Assembly: GCF_009914755.1 (NCBI RefSeq)
Contig: NC_060925.1
Reading direction: 5' to 3' (one strand)
Source: the human T2T-CHM13v2.0 reference genome, Homo sapiens
Length of the DNA stretch: 64,000 bases
In this document: piece after piece, positions 1 to 13,825 of the stretch
Numbering within the stretch: the stretch's first letter is position 1
Layout: each line of letters starts with the position of its first letter
Notes under the pieces: generated by a model
The model's input: the letters and a program-made list of their open reading frames with translations, nothing else
Database searches by the model: none
Told to the model about the DNA's origin: nothing
Translations under genes and position numbers: made by a program

Positions 1-27
1 CTAAGGGTCTATAGCACAGAAACCCAC

Positions 28-155
28 TGGACTATAAATTCTCTGAAAGCAGGAACTATTCATGTCTTTTGAGATGCTGCATCACAGCATATAACAGAAT
101 CTATAGAGAGGTGACATAAGAATTTTTTCATAAATACATGACTACATGAGTGAAT
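28..155 (+). mobile_element. L2 LINE 3'-end fragment (degraded)
   Basis: Resembles the L2 3' terminus pattern (ctataaattctctgaaagcaggaac...gctgcatcacagca...ataaatacatgactacatgagtgaa). Confidence 0.5.
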
Positions 156-169
156 TACTCTAAATTCTT

Positions 170-1330
170 CATTATTTCTTCATTTAGAAAATATTATCAT
201 ACATCTGTTAGGTATATAGCATGATACTAGGTGCTCTTGAAACAACAATGCGTATCTATTATATACAGCTCCCATCCTCAAGGAACTAAAGTCTAGCTGG
301 AAAGAAGAGAGAAACATGTAAGAAAAGCTAAATAGCACTGCAAACATTCAATAAAAATAAGATGGCCATAAAAAAGAGAAAATAATTTCAATCAAGAAAG
401 ATAGCATCGGCTATTTTAACAGTACTAATGTTACTGATAGGATAAAGGACATAAAATGTGAGAATAAGTCTTTCTGTCTGGCAATTAACAGTGAACTCTG
501 AGAGAGAAACTTTAGAATTTGGTGACAACAGAAGCCAGATTGCAGGGTATTCGAAGTGAAATAGTAGTGAGGAAGCCCAGGATATGGAGTCCGTGGGTGG
601 AGTCCACATATTCAAGAAGTTTGGCAAGGAGAAAACAGAGGGCCATTCTTTTGGAGACAATAGATCAAGCTGATTTAAAAGCAGATGGGAAGAATCCCAC
701 AGAGAGGGAGAGAGATTCAAAATGGCCAGAAAAAGCAGAACATCTTTCATTATCTTGAAAGAGGAGACAGGAACCAACTCTAACTATTGGGTCCAGGAGT
801 AAGTTTCAGGAAGGATAACTACTCTAAGATAGAGAAGAATGAAGGCAGAAACTTTGAAGGAGCAGACAGTGAACCAAAAACTTCCAGGTGACTTCCACAG
901 GCTCAGAAAAGCACAAAGCAAGACCATTTGCTGAGAGGTCAAGAGGACTGCTAAGGTAAAAACAACAACAACAACAACAAAAACTGAAGGAGAGTGGAGA
1001 AGCTTTAGAGGAAGTGTCCTTGCTTGGAACATGGTCTATGTCAGATGACTTTGTGTTCTGAGTAGATATATGAGGGGCACCTGATATAAAATCTTCCACT
1101 GTGATGCAGCTGGTTTCTCCCAGGCAGGCTGATGAAGAACACTTACAGTGAAGGCACAGGCATGTTCAAGTGCATCTGAGGATAGCATAGTGGGAGAAAG
1201 AAGGAAAAATGAAACCCAGGGGAGTGTTGAGTCAGATTTTGGGGGACATGAGAGAAATGCTGAGCACTCAATCAAAAAGGCAGAGACCAGGATGAGCAGT
1301 GAAGCCTGGAACAGAAGCTAAGGAGCAAAC
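170..1330 (-). mobile_element. L2 LINE, degraded
   Basis: Starts with an inverted L2 3' end (cattatttcttcatttag...tactaggtgct) and continues as purine-rich L2-like sequence (gaagccagattgcaggg, ttcaagaagtttggc). Boundaries approximate. Confidence 0.55.
958..983. repeat. (AAC)n microsatellite
   Basis: aaaaacaacaacaacaacaacaaaaa read directly. Confidence 0.9.
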
Positions 1331-2439
1331 ACAAAATGGAGACAGGTATCAGTGGTCTAACTCAGTGCAGTTCACTGGGCACTGCACATCATCCAACCCT
1401 GTTTCGTTATATTCTTACTGAGCTGTTCACAATTGCAGCCAGTTTTTTCCCACAGCATTTTAAGATATGGCTGGCTTTTGGCATCAATAGACAAGTAGGT
1501 GTCATCTTAGAATTGTGTAACAGCCAGCGGAGCTCAAAGTCAATGTGAGGACTCTAACACAAGACAGGTTTCCAGTCCTGAAGAGGTGTTACCAAACCAG
1601 GACTGGTACAGCGGGAACAAGTCAAAATCTTACACCAGAGCTGAGGTTCAGCCTAAAGAGTAGTTCTTGAGGAAAAAATAGAGTAGGCCATTTATTAGGA
1701 CAGACAGGTATCTGGGACTTAAGAATATGACAAATCTTGAGCCTCTGTTCTAGTTAGTCACAGAGGTCAGATTACATTAACTGCTTCTACCACATCAGCA
1801 TGAGCTCTGGAAATTCCAAAAGGACTGAACCAGCAACAACAACATCCAGGCTCAAGGCAAGATCCAGATAGATTTGGATGAGGAATCCCAGGGCAGTTGG
1901 TTGGCCAGAGTGAAGCCACATAAGACTCCTGAACCGGGCCTAGAATCAAATCCAGGAGGAGTGAAGCTAATCAAAACAGCAAATAGAAGTGAAGACTGCT
2001 AACCAGTAGGTTGATACCAACACATTTCTGCAAAGCAGGCATAGGCTATGACAGTGAGAGAAAGGAAAAGCAGCAAGTTTTAAAAATTGAAAGAGTGAGT
2101 GGGAGTAGAAAGGGAGGTAAATGCATTGACATGGTCAAGGGTCTGTAACATAGAAGCAGGCTGTAAGGATGTCTCAGGGGGAATTGGGGAATAAGTCAGG
2201 GGAGGTGTGCTCACGGAGAGCCAGAACAGCATGCTTTAAGTAAGATGGGATCATTGTTATCATCCATAGGCATTCTCTTGACCAATTCTCAAGGTCTATG
2301 CCCAGCCTAGGGAGCCAGGAAGGCCTCGATAGGGGAGGATGGTGTAGAGATCAAAAGGAACAAAAGACTTGGCACAAGGAAAAATTACACAAACTGATGG
2401 GGTGATCCAGAGGTAACAATTAAAATGTGCATTAGAAAA

Positions 2440-2876
2440 TTGCCAATTTTTTGCTGTCAAGTATCTATCCTCTTTCCTCATGAAGAAATACCCTTCCACC
2501 TGTGTGATGTGGTCTTGGGCATGGGTGATTCCAAGTACCTCCCTTCTATTACCATCTTCCATCACAGAAGCTGACAGGAGCCAGATCCTTGTTCCTCCCA
2601 TACCTTGCCATCCTAGAAAATGGGCATTGGGCCCTAAGCTAAGCCACTCAGATTCCAGGGCTTTGAATACTGAACACATAGAACAAGGATGTGGGAACTG
2701 GTGGAGGCTGCAGTGGGAATAAGAGAACCCTTGGTTCCTTCTGATTTTCTAAGCCTGGGTCTGATATTCTCATTGATTCTCTGAGCTCTTCAGATCCTTC
2801 TAGTGTATGCCCTTTCTGCTTAAAATTGTCAGAGACAGTTTCTATTGCTTGCAATCAAAATCTCTGACTGATGCAC
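2440..2876 (+). mobile_element. Old ERVL/MaLR solo LTR (LTR16/MLT1K-like)
   Basis: 3' end gtttctattgcttgcaatcaaaatctctgactgatgca matches the typical ERVL/MaLR LTR terminus. 5' boundary uncertain. Confidence 0.55.
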
Positions 2877-3194
2877 ATTGCATGACAGACAGTCAGAGGA
2901 TGAGAGCAAATTTAGGGTGTCCACAAGGGCAATATTCAACCGACTTTAAAATAGAGATCAGACTAAAAGTCAAGAACACAGAGAAAGATGTTATTTGTAG
3001 GGGCGAAATGGGGAGACAAAACTTAGAAAGTTGTGGGCATCAATAGGTGTAGGAGAGAGGAAGACAACACATACATTGGCAGTGGTTTTGAAAAGGATAA
3101 GGGGTTTCTAGCCACCCAGAGCTTACTATCTAGCAGACAAAAGGCCGCTGCATAAACAATCACCCTCAAATATGATAAATGCTATACTTAAGAA

Positions 3195-3365
3195 TATGAG
3201 CTTTGCAGTCAAATTATCTACATTCAAATCCCAACCTTTATGAGTTACATAAATTTTCTGCACCTAAGTTCCCTTAATTTTGAAATAAGATAATAATTTA
3301 TACATGGAAAACGATTACAATAGTGCAGAAAAACTAATACATACTAAAAAAAGTTAGTTCTTTTT
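3195..3365 (+). mobile_element. MIR SINE fragment
   Basis: gctttgcagtcaaa...ttcaaatcccaac...ctgcacctaagttcc resembles the MIR core. Confidence 0.55.
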
Positions 3366-3499
3366 ATAGAGAGTAGAGCATGTTCTGGGGAAGCATAAAG
3401 CCATTCACTTAACCTGGTCTTAGAATAGGGGCAGAAGTGGTTGGAAAAAAAAGTGATATTTAAGTTGAGACCTGAAAGATGAGTAATCACAACAATAAA

Positions 3500-3680
3500 A
3501 ATAGTAATAATTATTCATATTTATTGAGATATTTTCATGTGCTAGGAATATTATCTCCCTTATTCCTCACAAGAGCCCTGTGAGGTAGACACCAAAATTA
3601 TCTCTATTTTATAGATGGAAGAACCCGAGGCTCAGAAAAGTTAAGTTCCTAGGCCAAAATCACTGCTAACTGGGCAGTAG
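3500..3680 (-). mobile_element. MIR SINE
   Basis: cctcacaagagccctgtgaggtag...attttatagatggaagaacccgaggctcagaaaagttaag is the inverted MIR core. Confidence 0.75.
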
Positions 3681-5609
3681 GTAAAAGAGGGGTGGTAGAG
3701 AGGCAGATGGATCAGCATATTTGAGACCCCTTAAAATAAATTTCTGATCTGGAGTTACAGGAAATCTCTCATTGCCCAGACCCTGCCTTATTGAAGGTTA
3801 TTTTTCTGACTATACACACCGTCAGTTTTATAACATAAGACATGCAGAGGACACAACTCATTCGATGAAATTTTGTTTTCCACTCCACTTTTCAAAAGCT
3901 TGTATTTTTCATAATTGAAGAGTAACTGCTATAGTTATTGATCATGATAAAATTAACATATTTTTCTCAATTAGATTCATATCAGAGCACCTCTCAAAGC
4001 TGGCTCTCAAAGAATCTGCTCACTTTACACCTGCCTCTGAAGGGAATAAGGAAAAAACATGCTACATGCCCTCCCTTCTGTTCAAAGAGAAGCCACATTT
4101 GTCCCGCACACTAATCAAAGAAATGCGCTACCATCTTGCCCAATTTGAGCCCTGACTTCATTACTAAAATGTGGTGTCTGCTGAGGTAACTGACTGGGGC
4201 AGCTGTTCAACATATGCCTAGCAACACTGAATAGCCCCGTTAGTCCAGCGAGTGAGGGATGCTTTATCCCTTCGAAGCTGAAGGGGAAATTGTAAGTAAG
4301 CATAAAGTAATTACCCACTTGGAACCTGTCCAGGCTATGTTCAATGCAATTGAAAGCTTCTGTCCTTGATGCCAACCTTCCCCAGCCTAGGGAGGTCAGA
4401 GAACTTGGAATATTTTCACCACTCTATGCTTCAGAGACCTGATCTGCTTTGAAGATCTGTCTGAAATTCACTGAGGTCACCAAGGGGAGGGATTACCACC
4501 TTCCCAGCCAAAGAACATCCCATCTCATGAGAGCTAATATCATTTCAAATGCTCTTTGGTTCATGTTAGATATTGCTGCTTTCTTTCTTCCTGCATGTAA
4601 AGGTGTACAGAGTGTCTTCCATAGATATTATCCCATTTGAACGGCACAACAACCATGCCAGGGAAACAGAATATGCATTACTACTCCCAGTTCATAGACA
4701 ATGAAACTTGATGTTAGAGAGAATAATTGATTGGATGGGGATGGAGTTGCAGTTTCTGAGTCCTGTCATCTAGACAGTTGGTGTCCTTTCATCTTCCCCC
4801 ACTTTACCTCTAATTCCAGGATTCCCAACCAATCCTCATTTGAGACATCCCAGTTCTCTTTCAATTCCCTTAAATGTCTTCAGGAAATTGTTGAAAAGGT
4901 TATTTTCAAGGCAAAAGTCACATGAAGTAAGGTTTTTAAAGATATAAATTTAGGCTTCTGAGTTTTATGGAGATGATGACCTAGAATCTGTTGACCCTTT
5001 CATGAAATTTAAGAATATAAGAAGCAGAAGGGAAATATGCATTTCTAAAGCTAACAGAAAGCATGTAAATCTCTTGGGGGAAACTGAAACCTGTCAATGC
5101 AGATGCATGCTGGAATGAGGAGCTGCTGAATGCAGGTGCACCTGACTAGGAACTCTTGGAAGGCCACCACGAAAGCGTATGGTCATGCGGCGTACATTAG
5201 GAAAGGCACCCTGTCTCCAGGTAGGTGAAGCCTCACACCAGGGTGCACAGCTTGGGAATGGAGGTGAATGGCAGTGCCTGTAACCCGTTCCTCCCACTCA
5301 TGAGTAGAGACAATCTGCACAGTTATGAGTGGTGGGCCTGGTCCTTCAGTATCCTGACCCCTACTCACTCCTCCTCCAAATTCCCACTCCTGGGGGAATT
5401 ACAATGTGTGAAGACTGCCTCATCCTAGTGCTCTTTCTCCCCAATAATTTAATTTAAAGGAGAAACCCTTACCAGAGGAGTTGCCCAGGGGAGAGGCAGT
5501 AAAAAGGGATGATACAAAGTGTTTTTATGTTGCCTTTGTCTCTATGCTCTGGGGCTCAATCCTTCTCATTTTTTTAAATACCTAAATAAATACAGACTAG
5601 AATCTGAAA

Positions 5610-8600
5610 TTTGGCCTTTCCCAGCAAACATTACCAGACAGAGTAGTGGATACCCACAAAAGAACATGAGCTTACAAGCCCAAATAAAACTAGGGTCTAG
5701 TAAAGGAAGACAAAAACAGAGTATCATATACCATCTGAAGCAGAACCATTTGAACAAATAAAATGAAAAAGGAATATGACATTAGTATGGTAACTATGCT
5801 TAAGGAGATGTGGGAAGATACTAGTAAAATAAAGCGAGAATAAGAAATCTTAGAAAGAACTAAGTGAAATATTAGATGCCAAAAATGTAGAGTTGAAATA
5901 AAGAACACAATACATGGGATAAATAACAGGATGGAATAGAGCTAAAGAAGGATTTAGTGAATTGGAAGATCAGAATAAGAAACTCTTCCTAAAAGTAGCT
6001 AGAAAGAATACAGAGACAGAAAGCATAATTAGAGAAAAATTTACAAGATAAGAGATTTGGAGGATAAAAGTAGAAGGACTGGCGTCCAGCTAAAAGGATC
6101 TCTGAAGGAATGGGATGGAGAGGAGAAAATATTTAAAGAAATAACGAAGATAAATATTCCAGAATTAATGAATGATAGACTATTTTAGAATGAAAAGTCT
6201 CTTAAAGGACCAAGTAGGGGAGATAAGGAAAACTCCACACTAATTAACATTATAATAAAATTTTTAAATATTAAAGCAAAGAAAAAATACTTAAAAAGCA
6301 GGAATACAGTCCATTTAGAGGGGAAAAGAGTTCCCCATAAAGTAATAAGAGTGAGGCTATCACTAGACTATTCAAGAACATTGAAAGCAAGATGATAATG
6401 GAAAAACTTTTTAAAGATAATGGAGTATAATTTTAAAATACTGAAGGAAAAATTATTTCAAACCTAGAATTTGATTTTCAAATATGAGGACATAATAAAA
6501 ACATGTTTAACTAAACAAGATGTCAAGAAGTTTAACATGCAAAATCTACACTAAAAACACTCTTGAAGGATACATTCAAGTAAGAGATAAAAAGCAGAGG
6601 TGCTGCAAGAGATAGGCAAAATTAAAGGAGTTGCACATCTCGGGAGAGTTTATTGTTCATTGTTCAAGCCGGTTCCTTGAACAGATTAGCAAGAGAAAGA
6701 GAACTCTGGCAAAACTAATCATAGAAAACATACAAATAAATAAAATATACAGGGGAAAAACAAATTATGAAATCAACAAAGATTCAAAAGAAAATACTGT
6801 GAATGACTGCATACTAATAACTTTGAGACCTAGAAGACCTAAGAATAGAAAACATAAAGTGCCAAAATGTGAAGAAATTGAGAACATAAATAGCCAGCAG
6901 AAACTTTTAAAAAGAAAAATCTGAGTTAAAGATCTCCCATTCAAAAAAAGTTATAACCCTCATATTCAGATTGTTTTAGAGATGAATTCTGCCAGGTTCC
7001 AAGGATTAGCTATTTCCTAAACTATATAAATTTTTCAAGAGACTAGAAAACAAGAACCACCAGGTTAATTTCCTGAGACAACAATAATAAATGCTTTCGT
7101 TAAAACCAAATAAAAACAATATAAGAAATTTAAATTACAGGCCCACATCATGTTAAATGAGATGAAAAATTCTATATAAAGTTTCAGCTAAGTGATTAAA
7201 TATAAATGCATCATAATGATACAGTGATTAAGTGATTTTAAAGATCTTATCTTTGAGAGATACATAATGAAGTTTTTCTTGATGAAATCATAAAATGTCT
7301 GGAATTTCTTTCAAATGATCCAGTCTGGGGGATGTGAAGAAGGAGCAATAGGTGAAACAAGATGGGCCAGGAGTTAATAATTGTTAAAGTTAGGTGGTAG
7401 ACACATCGGAGATAATCATGTTATTCTCTGTACTTTTTATTCATTTTTAATTTTGCATAAGAAAAAGTGAAGTAAATGATTATGTGTAGGTTATTTTGGT
7501 ATTTTAAAAATGGATTCAAAAATTAGAGAAATTTACAAATGAAATTTATGACAGTAATCAAAAATACAATTCTTTCAATTGATGCAAAAACAGTATTTGA
7601 CAAATCACCCCTAATTTATGGTGATTTTAAAAAACATATTTATGAAAGCAGGAATATAGTAGTCAATTTTTCTAACTTTTTAAAGGTAATATAACAAAAA
7701 CCTATAGCAACACTATATTTAATGAAGAATTTCAGGTGCTTTCCCTATAAAATCGGCAGCAAGAAAAGGAAGTCATCATTAGCACTATTCCTATTTAATA
7801 GGGTACTGGAGGTCATGGCCAACACTATAAGGAAAGAAAGGAAGACATAAGAGAAATAATGTTTTCCAAGAAAGAGATAAAACTATCATTATTTGCAGCC
7901 AGATGAAAAAGAAAATTCAGCAAGTTTGGAAGATACAAGATCAATTTGTAAAAGTCAATAGGATTTTAATATCATAAAGATGTCATTTCTCCTCCAAATT
8001 AATTTATAAATTTGATACAATCTCATTTAAAATATCAGTTAGAATTTAGAGGAATTCAATAAACTCATTTGAAAGTTTTATATGGAAAAGTAAAGATCCA
8101 CTTAAAAATAGTAGTAAATCCATAGTAATGAAAGCAAGGTGATATTGGCACAAGAACAAATTATGGACCATGGAACAGCATTGTCCCATTGAGAACAGCC
8201 ATAGTTCAGAAAGGGAGCCGTGTATGTATGAGGACTTAATGTAGGATAATGATGGCACCCCAAATCAAAGTGGAAACAACTGTTATTTAGGGAGTAGGGC
8301 TGGGGAAACTAGCTCATTACATGAAGAAAAGTGAAACTGGGTATCTATTTAATGCCTCATACAAAGCTGAAAAGTAGATGGAATAAAGAGCTAAACATAA
8401 AAGGTATTTTTATAAAGTTAAGCAGAAAAAAAACTGTAGGAGAATTCTTTATGTGCCTAGCTGTGAAGACAGACTTCTTAAAATTCCAAAGCACAAGTAG
8501 TAAAACAAATAAACATAAAAGGTTTGATTCAAAATTAAATATTTTTTCATTCTACAAAGGATATAACAAAGTAAATAAAGAAATAAAGAATAGGAGAATA

Positions 8601-9300
8601 TATTTATGCCTCAAACAAAAAAAATCATCTGGCATATACAAGAAATTCCTACAAGTCAACATTTTAAAAAAAATACAGAAACATCAATTTGCAAATGAGC
8701 AAAAATAGGAACATGCAATTCACAGAAAAGGAAACCTAAATGGCTATGAAATATATGAAGAAATGTTCAAAATTATTAGTAATCACAGTATTGTAAATTA
8801 AAGCAACAATGAGACATCACTTTACATCAATTAAAGCAGCAAGAATTAGAAAGCTGGTTAAAGCCAGGTGATAGCGATGATATGGAATTATAAAAACCCT
8901 TGAGCACTGGGCAGAAATATTCACCTGAAGTATGACTTCAGATAGTAGGCAGTTGGAGATCATCGAGGTAGCCATAAATGAGAGAGTGGATATGCAAACT
9001 ATGATGAAAAACCATCAATGTGGTATTCATTAAGGAGTTAATATCATTAATAGGATATTCTTTTCCTAAATGAATGGAATTAGTTAAAAGCAATAGTCTA
9101 CATGTACATATAATAACATGGATATATCTGAAAACACAGTGTTGATAAGTACATAATATATGTAAGTTGAATATATATATATACAAAAAGTAATAATTTT
9201 CTTTTTAAGATAATACATCCAAACTATAGAATGGTTGCCTATAGGAATAAGGAAGGAATTGCAACAAAAGAGAATGACTGAATGAGTAGCCAGTCTTACA
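5610..9300 (+). mobile_element. Ancient L1 (L1M class): internally deleted ORF1/ORF2/3' remnants, with a nested L1M 3' fragment near 7215-7480
   Basis: A-rich plus strand; degenerate ORF1 motifs (caaacctagaatt); ORF2 RT-like aaactatcattatttgcag; ORF 8331-8708 resembles the ORF2 C-terminal region (KLGIYLMPHTKLKSRWNKELNIK). Confidence 0.8.
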
Positions 9301-9404
9301 CGGACCAATGGGAAGAACATATCATTAACTGAGGAGATATAAGTAACTCAACATTCACCAACAGATTTCAAAAATAAATAAAGAAATAAGAATTGCATAT
9401 TTGC

Positions 9405-9727
<323 letters not shown>

Positions 9728-10307
9728 TTAGGCGAGATAAACAATGAGGAGATGAAGCAGGACAGTTAAACATACAAGGCAAAACCATCTATGTATTGCA
9801 AATAATCAAAGTTTGAAAACTTGTACTTTGATTAATGGTTCACATACTTGTTTGGTCTCTGGACCACTTTCTGCATCAAGGCTAGAGACCCTGAGAATCA
9901 CCAACCCTACCCTGCTTATTCTCACTCCTCTAAACCCTTTCTGAGATCCTGGGAAGGTAATCACAATTTTGACGAGTGGCTGACGAAGATTGACATAGTA
10001 AATGATAATTCATGCCACAGACAACACTATAAACACCTTCCATGGCCCCAAAATATTTCTTACCTTAACTCCAAATAACAAAATAAAGGTTGAGAATCCT
10101 AAAGTCTAAAGGAGGTAAAAAAGTAAAAACTTTAACAGTCAGATTTGTGACACCAATGACTATTGCAATATCAAAAGAGCCTGACTCTTAGGTTTGGAGT
10201 CCAACTTTTCCAGGGCTCTTGTTTCTCTTTCTCCTTCTCTTCTGTCTTGCCATAACTCATTCAGAAAACCAGGCAGGAAGCAAAAATTATATAACTGGGT
10301 TTTACTG

Positions 10308-10408
10308 GCATGGCACATGTATACATATGTTAACTAACCTGCACAATGTGCACATGTACCCTAAAACTTAAAGTATAATAATAAAAGAAAAAAAACTTAA
10401 AAAAAAAA
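10308..10408 (+). mobile_element. Severely 5'-truncated young L1 (L1PA2/L1HS-type 3' end plus A-tail)
   Basis: gcatggcacatgtatacatatgttaactaacctgcacaatgtgcacatgtaccctaaaacttaaagtataataata followed by an A-rich tail. Confidence 0.9.
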
Positions 10409-10514
10409 GAGTTCCAGTGGACTCATGCATTGCCAGGGTTTTATAAGAGCTTGAAGAAGTTTTATCTTTACCTCTGCAAAGGCTGAGATTCTGGCATTGA
10501 CCTTTTCCTCCAGC

Positions 10515-11008
10515 TGTCTCCTCTTCTTAAAAGAAACCTCTCTATCCCTGCTGAGCCCATCTAAATCCACTCTTCACTATGCCCCAAACTTCTCTGTGAC
10601 CCACAAGTCTGGCCAAAGTAGAAAACATCCATGGGTCCATTTGTCCTCTGGCTTGCAGCTGAGTTTAGCCAATCAGCAACCCTGGCAAAAGAGCAGAGGG
10701 AAGGAGAAATTTCTCCAGTTCCCTTCCTGAAAGGTGGCTGTGGGCTGGCTGTGTTTCCAAAGATCTTAACTAGTGAAACTCTCCAGAAGACCTCTTTGTC
10801 CCAGGGTTTCAGGAACCACTTGGTCTCCCCGCCCCTTTAGACCTGTGGGTGGTACTGGAGCCCCACCTTCGCCAGCTCCAGAGTCCTGCCATCACATATG
10901 GTTCTCCTACACCCATAACTTTGAAAATAGTACCTTGAATAAAAATCTTCTCAAGTTATCCTAATCTGATTTTGCCATCTGTTTCCTACTGCAACCCTTG
11001 CTGAGGCA
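10515..11008 (+). mobile_element. ERVL solo LTR, LTR33-like
   Basis: cctctggcttgcagctgagtttagccaatc...gggtggtactggagcccc...tttgaaaatagtaccttgaataaa...tgccatctgtttcctactgcaacccttgctgaggca follows the LTR33 pattern. Confidence 0.75.
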
Positions 11009-11922
11009 CCCAACCTGTTCCATATTTGGCAAAGGGGTTAGAAACAAGTTCATCTTTCTTTGATGTCCCTTTTTAGGCCCTCTGTAAACACTGAGAGTTT
11101 CAAATTTTGACAGACTCAGATTGGAGTTCAGGAACCACAGTTATATACAAGGCTGTTTCAGGGCCCTGATCTGGGATCACCCAGAATTTGCCAGGAGTAC
11201 CTTTGAGAATAACAAATGAAAGCATTCTTCAGTTTGTTCCCAGAGGTATCATGATCTCCCATGGAGATATTTTACCCCAGACTACCCTGTGTTTTTATAG
11301 ATTTCATTACAATTATAACAGTTTTATGTTTCACTGTTAAGAGTTGAATAAAACTTTACCCATAAAAAGTAAATCATTGCAAATCGCTAGACAAATGGAA
11401 TGGTCTTAGCATCATAATATTAATTTATGTGGCATATGCGGTATAACTTTCATCTGCAGAGCATCTCAGATTAAAATGACTTACAGGATTAAAGAATAGT
11501 TGGGGCAGGCTGAGAAAGAGCCAGTCTAGAAGACAAATGCACCAAATGGATATCGATAAGCTTAACACAGGGATCACTTCACCACACTACTGGGCGCCAG
11601 ACAACTCAGAGGTGAAATACCATGGCTATTAACTGCTAGAGCAGTGTCTCAATTTAAGAAAGAGAATAAAGAAAAATAGCCTGCTCATAAATAGTGCACA
11701 AGGGGATTTTAGAAGGCACAGTACAGTGAATACAATTAGAATCACTTGGGAGAACTGTGGAGTTTCATCTCATGCGCTTTAGCCTTTTCTCCCTAACTAT
11801 GCTATTTCTTAAAAGCAAGATGCGGGTGTTATTTTTTAATATATCCTCTTTTCACCATAACAACTCAAAGACACACATTCACAGTATACATACACATACG
11901 AGGCAGTGTTCAAGGGTACCTG

Positions 11923-12185
11923 CCAGCCATTCGGTCAATGAACGTGTCCTACTGTGTTTCCAGCACTGTGCTAAGCACTGAGAAATTAACTGTAAATAAA
12001 ACGAAGTCCCTGCTCTTGTGAAGCTTACATTTTAGTTGTTTGTTGTCATAGGGTCAGCAAGGGAGACATAGATAGCAAATAAGCAAATACATGAGATAGC
12101 AGGTAATAAAAGATTTAAGGGGAAAAAAAATGAGCCAACTGAGAGTGCTGGAGGGTGCTGTTTTAGGCAGTCTGACAGAGAAGCC
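11923..12185 (-). mobile_element. L2 3'-end fragment
   Basis: cctactgtgtttccagcactgtgctaagcactgag...gtccctgctcttgtgaagcttacattttag is an inverted L2 3' end. Confidence 0.75.
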
Positions 12186-13415
12186 AGCAGCTAGCAAAGA
12201 TAAATCAAATGAGGCCCTCTATGTCAAGAAATATATTCACAGTTCTTAATACTGTTTTATACACTGCACACCCACTGCATACAGTAGATGCTAATTAAAC
12301 AATGTAGACTGGGTGGCCACAAGTAGACTAGACTTCAGCCTCTCCTAAAATGCCTCCTGCTTCTTCCAAAGGCAGCCCAGTACCTATGGTGTCCTGGAGA
12401 TAACAATGTGTTTCCAGCACCATCTCCCATGAGCATGATTCTATACATTCTTTTGATCGTGAGATGCAGTGACAAATATAGCTCTGTAGCAAGGGATCAA
12501 GAGGAAGGTAAGTGACAGGTACCAAGTGAGTCCCACAGGCTATAAACCTGTCACCAAGAAAATAAGGATGATAAGAGTTTATATCTGCAAAGCCCTAGCC
12601 TCCAAGGAAATCCTGGGTCTCTTTTTAGTTTGGCTTCTAAAGTAATTAAACATCAAGACATCCCTTCACAGTCCAAGGAAGCTCTCCTTGGCTTCTTTTC
12701 ATAGATGGCAAAACTGAGGTCCTGAGATACTCATTAACTGCCCTATCTAAGGATAAATAATGACTAGCAAGGGCAAAAACATGTGGTGGAGGCAACTGGT
12801 ACCTTATTAAAAGGGAAACACACATGCACACACTAGTCTACTGCAAGGAACACTGGAAGTCAGGGACTTCTACCTGAGCTGTATAGAGTGATCACACATA
12901 CCTGATCAGTGTTTCCCTCTCCCCTTCACTATCTTTATAAGGACTTTCTAGAGATTATTAATGCAGTTTGAGAGATGGTATGTCATGGTTGAGAGAGCAT
13001 AGGCCATTCAAATATGAACATGCATTTTACAAGAGCACAGAGAAACTATGTATATAGAACATATTTGAGGAGGTGCCTAAGGGGATACAGGGAGGTTGGC
13101 TGAGCCTGAGTAATGTAAATGGAAGAGAATAAATAAGTAAATAAAAACAAAAAAGGGGGGGCTTGATTTGCATCAATGGAATGCTGATAATGTATATGAT
13201 TAACCCAATCCTTTGCCACTGAGATAAAAATTAAATGAGCAAACACCATATGTATGGGAGTTAAACAGATCAATTTTGAATATTGACCCAGTGGCTCACT
13301 GTCAAGTTCCTCAACTTCATTGAATCCTGGTATTCTAGAGTGAATAATAGTAATAATAATATCAACAGTCAATATTATTTGTTTTCAAAATTATCAACAC
13401 ATGGGAGGAACACTA

Positions 13416-13825
13416 TGGGAGACAGCACCAGTCCTTACCAATATGCAGTCATCTTTTCCTTTCTGGGCACACAGGAGGTTACAATATTTAACCACCTTGA
13501 AGTCAGCAGAATCATGTGACTATTTCTGGTGGATGACATGTGAATAGCATGTCCCTTCCAAGCTGAGTCCAAATAATCTCAGTGAGAATCACCAGCTTCC
13601 CTCCTTCCCTTTGGTGAAGAGTTTAGAGGCCATGTGTTGAGATGGTAGGGCCAAAAGACTGAAGCAGCTGGATCAACGACTCACTGCATGGAGGGCAGCT
13701 ACCTGGAGAGTTGTTGGAACCACAGTGAATTTTGCAGGAGCAAGAAATAAACTTTTGTTATCAAACCACTGGGTTTTTAGGATTGTTTTTTACTGCAACA
13801 TGGCTCAGGGCAACCTGATTTACAC
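13416..13825 (+). mobile_element. MaLR solo LTR (MLT1J/I-like)
   Basis: catgtgactatttctgg, gaggccatgtgttgagatgg, cactgcatggagggcagctacctggagag, gagcaagaaataaacttttgtta and terminal ctgatttacaca. Confidence 0.8.

Noticed and set aside
1520-2050. Possible ancient Gypsy-like LTR remnant (also ~24600-25000)
   Set aside because: Only a vague compositional resemblance; I could not identify termini or diagnostic motifs.
11575-11605. Possible CTCF site (also ~25893-25912)
   Set aside because: Too many mismatches to the CTCF core consensus.
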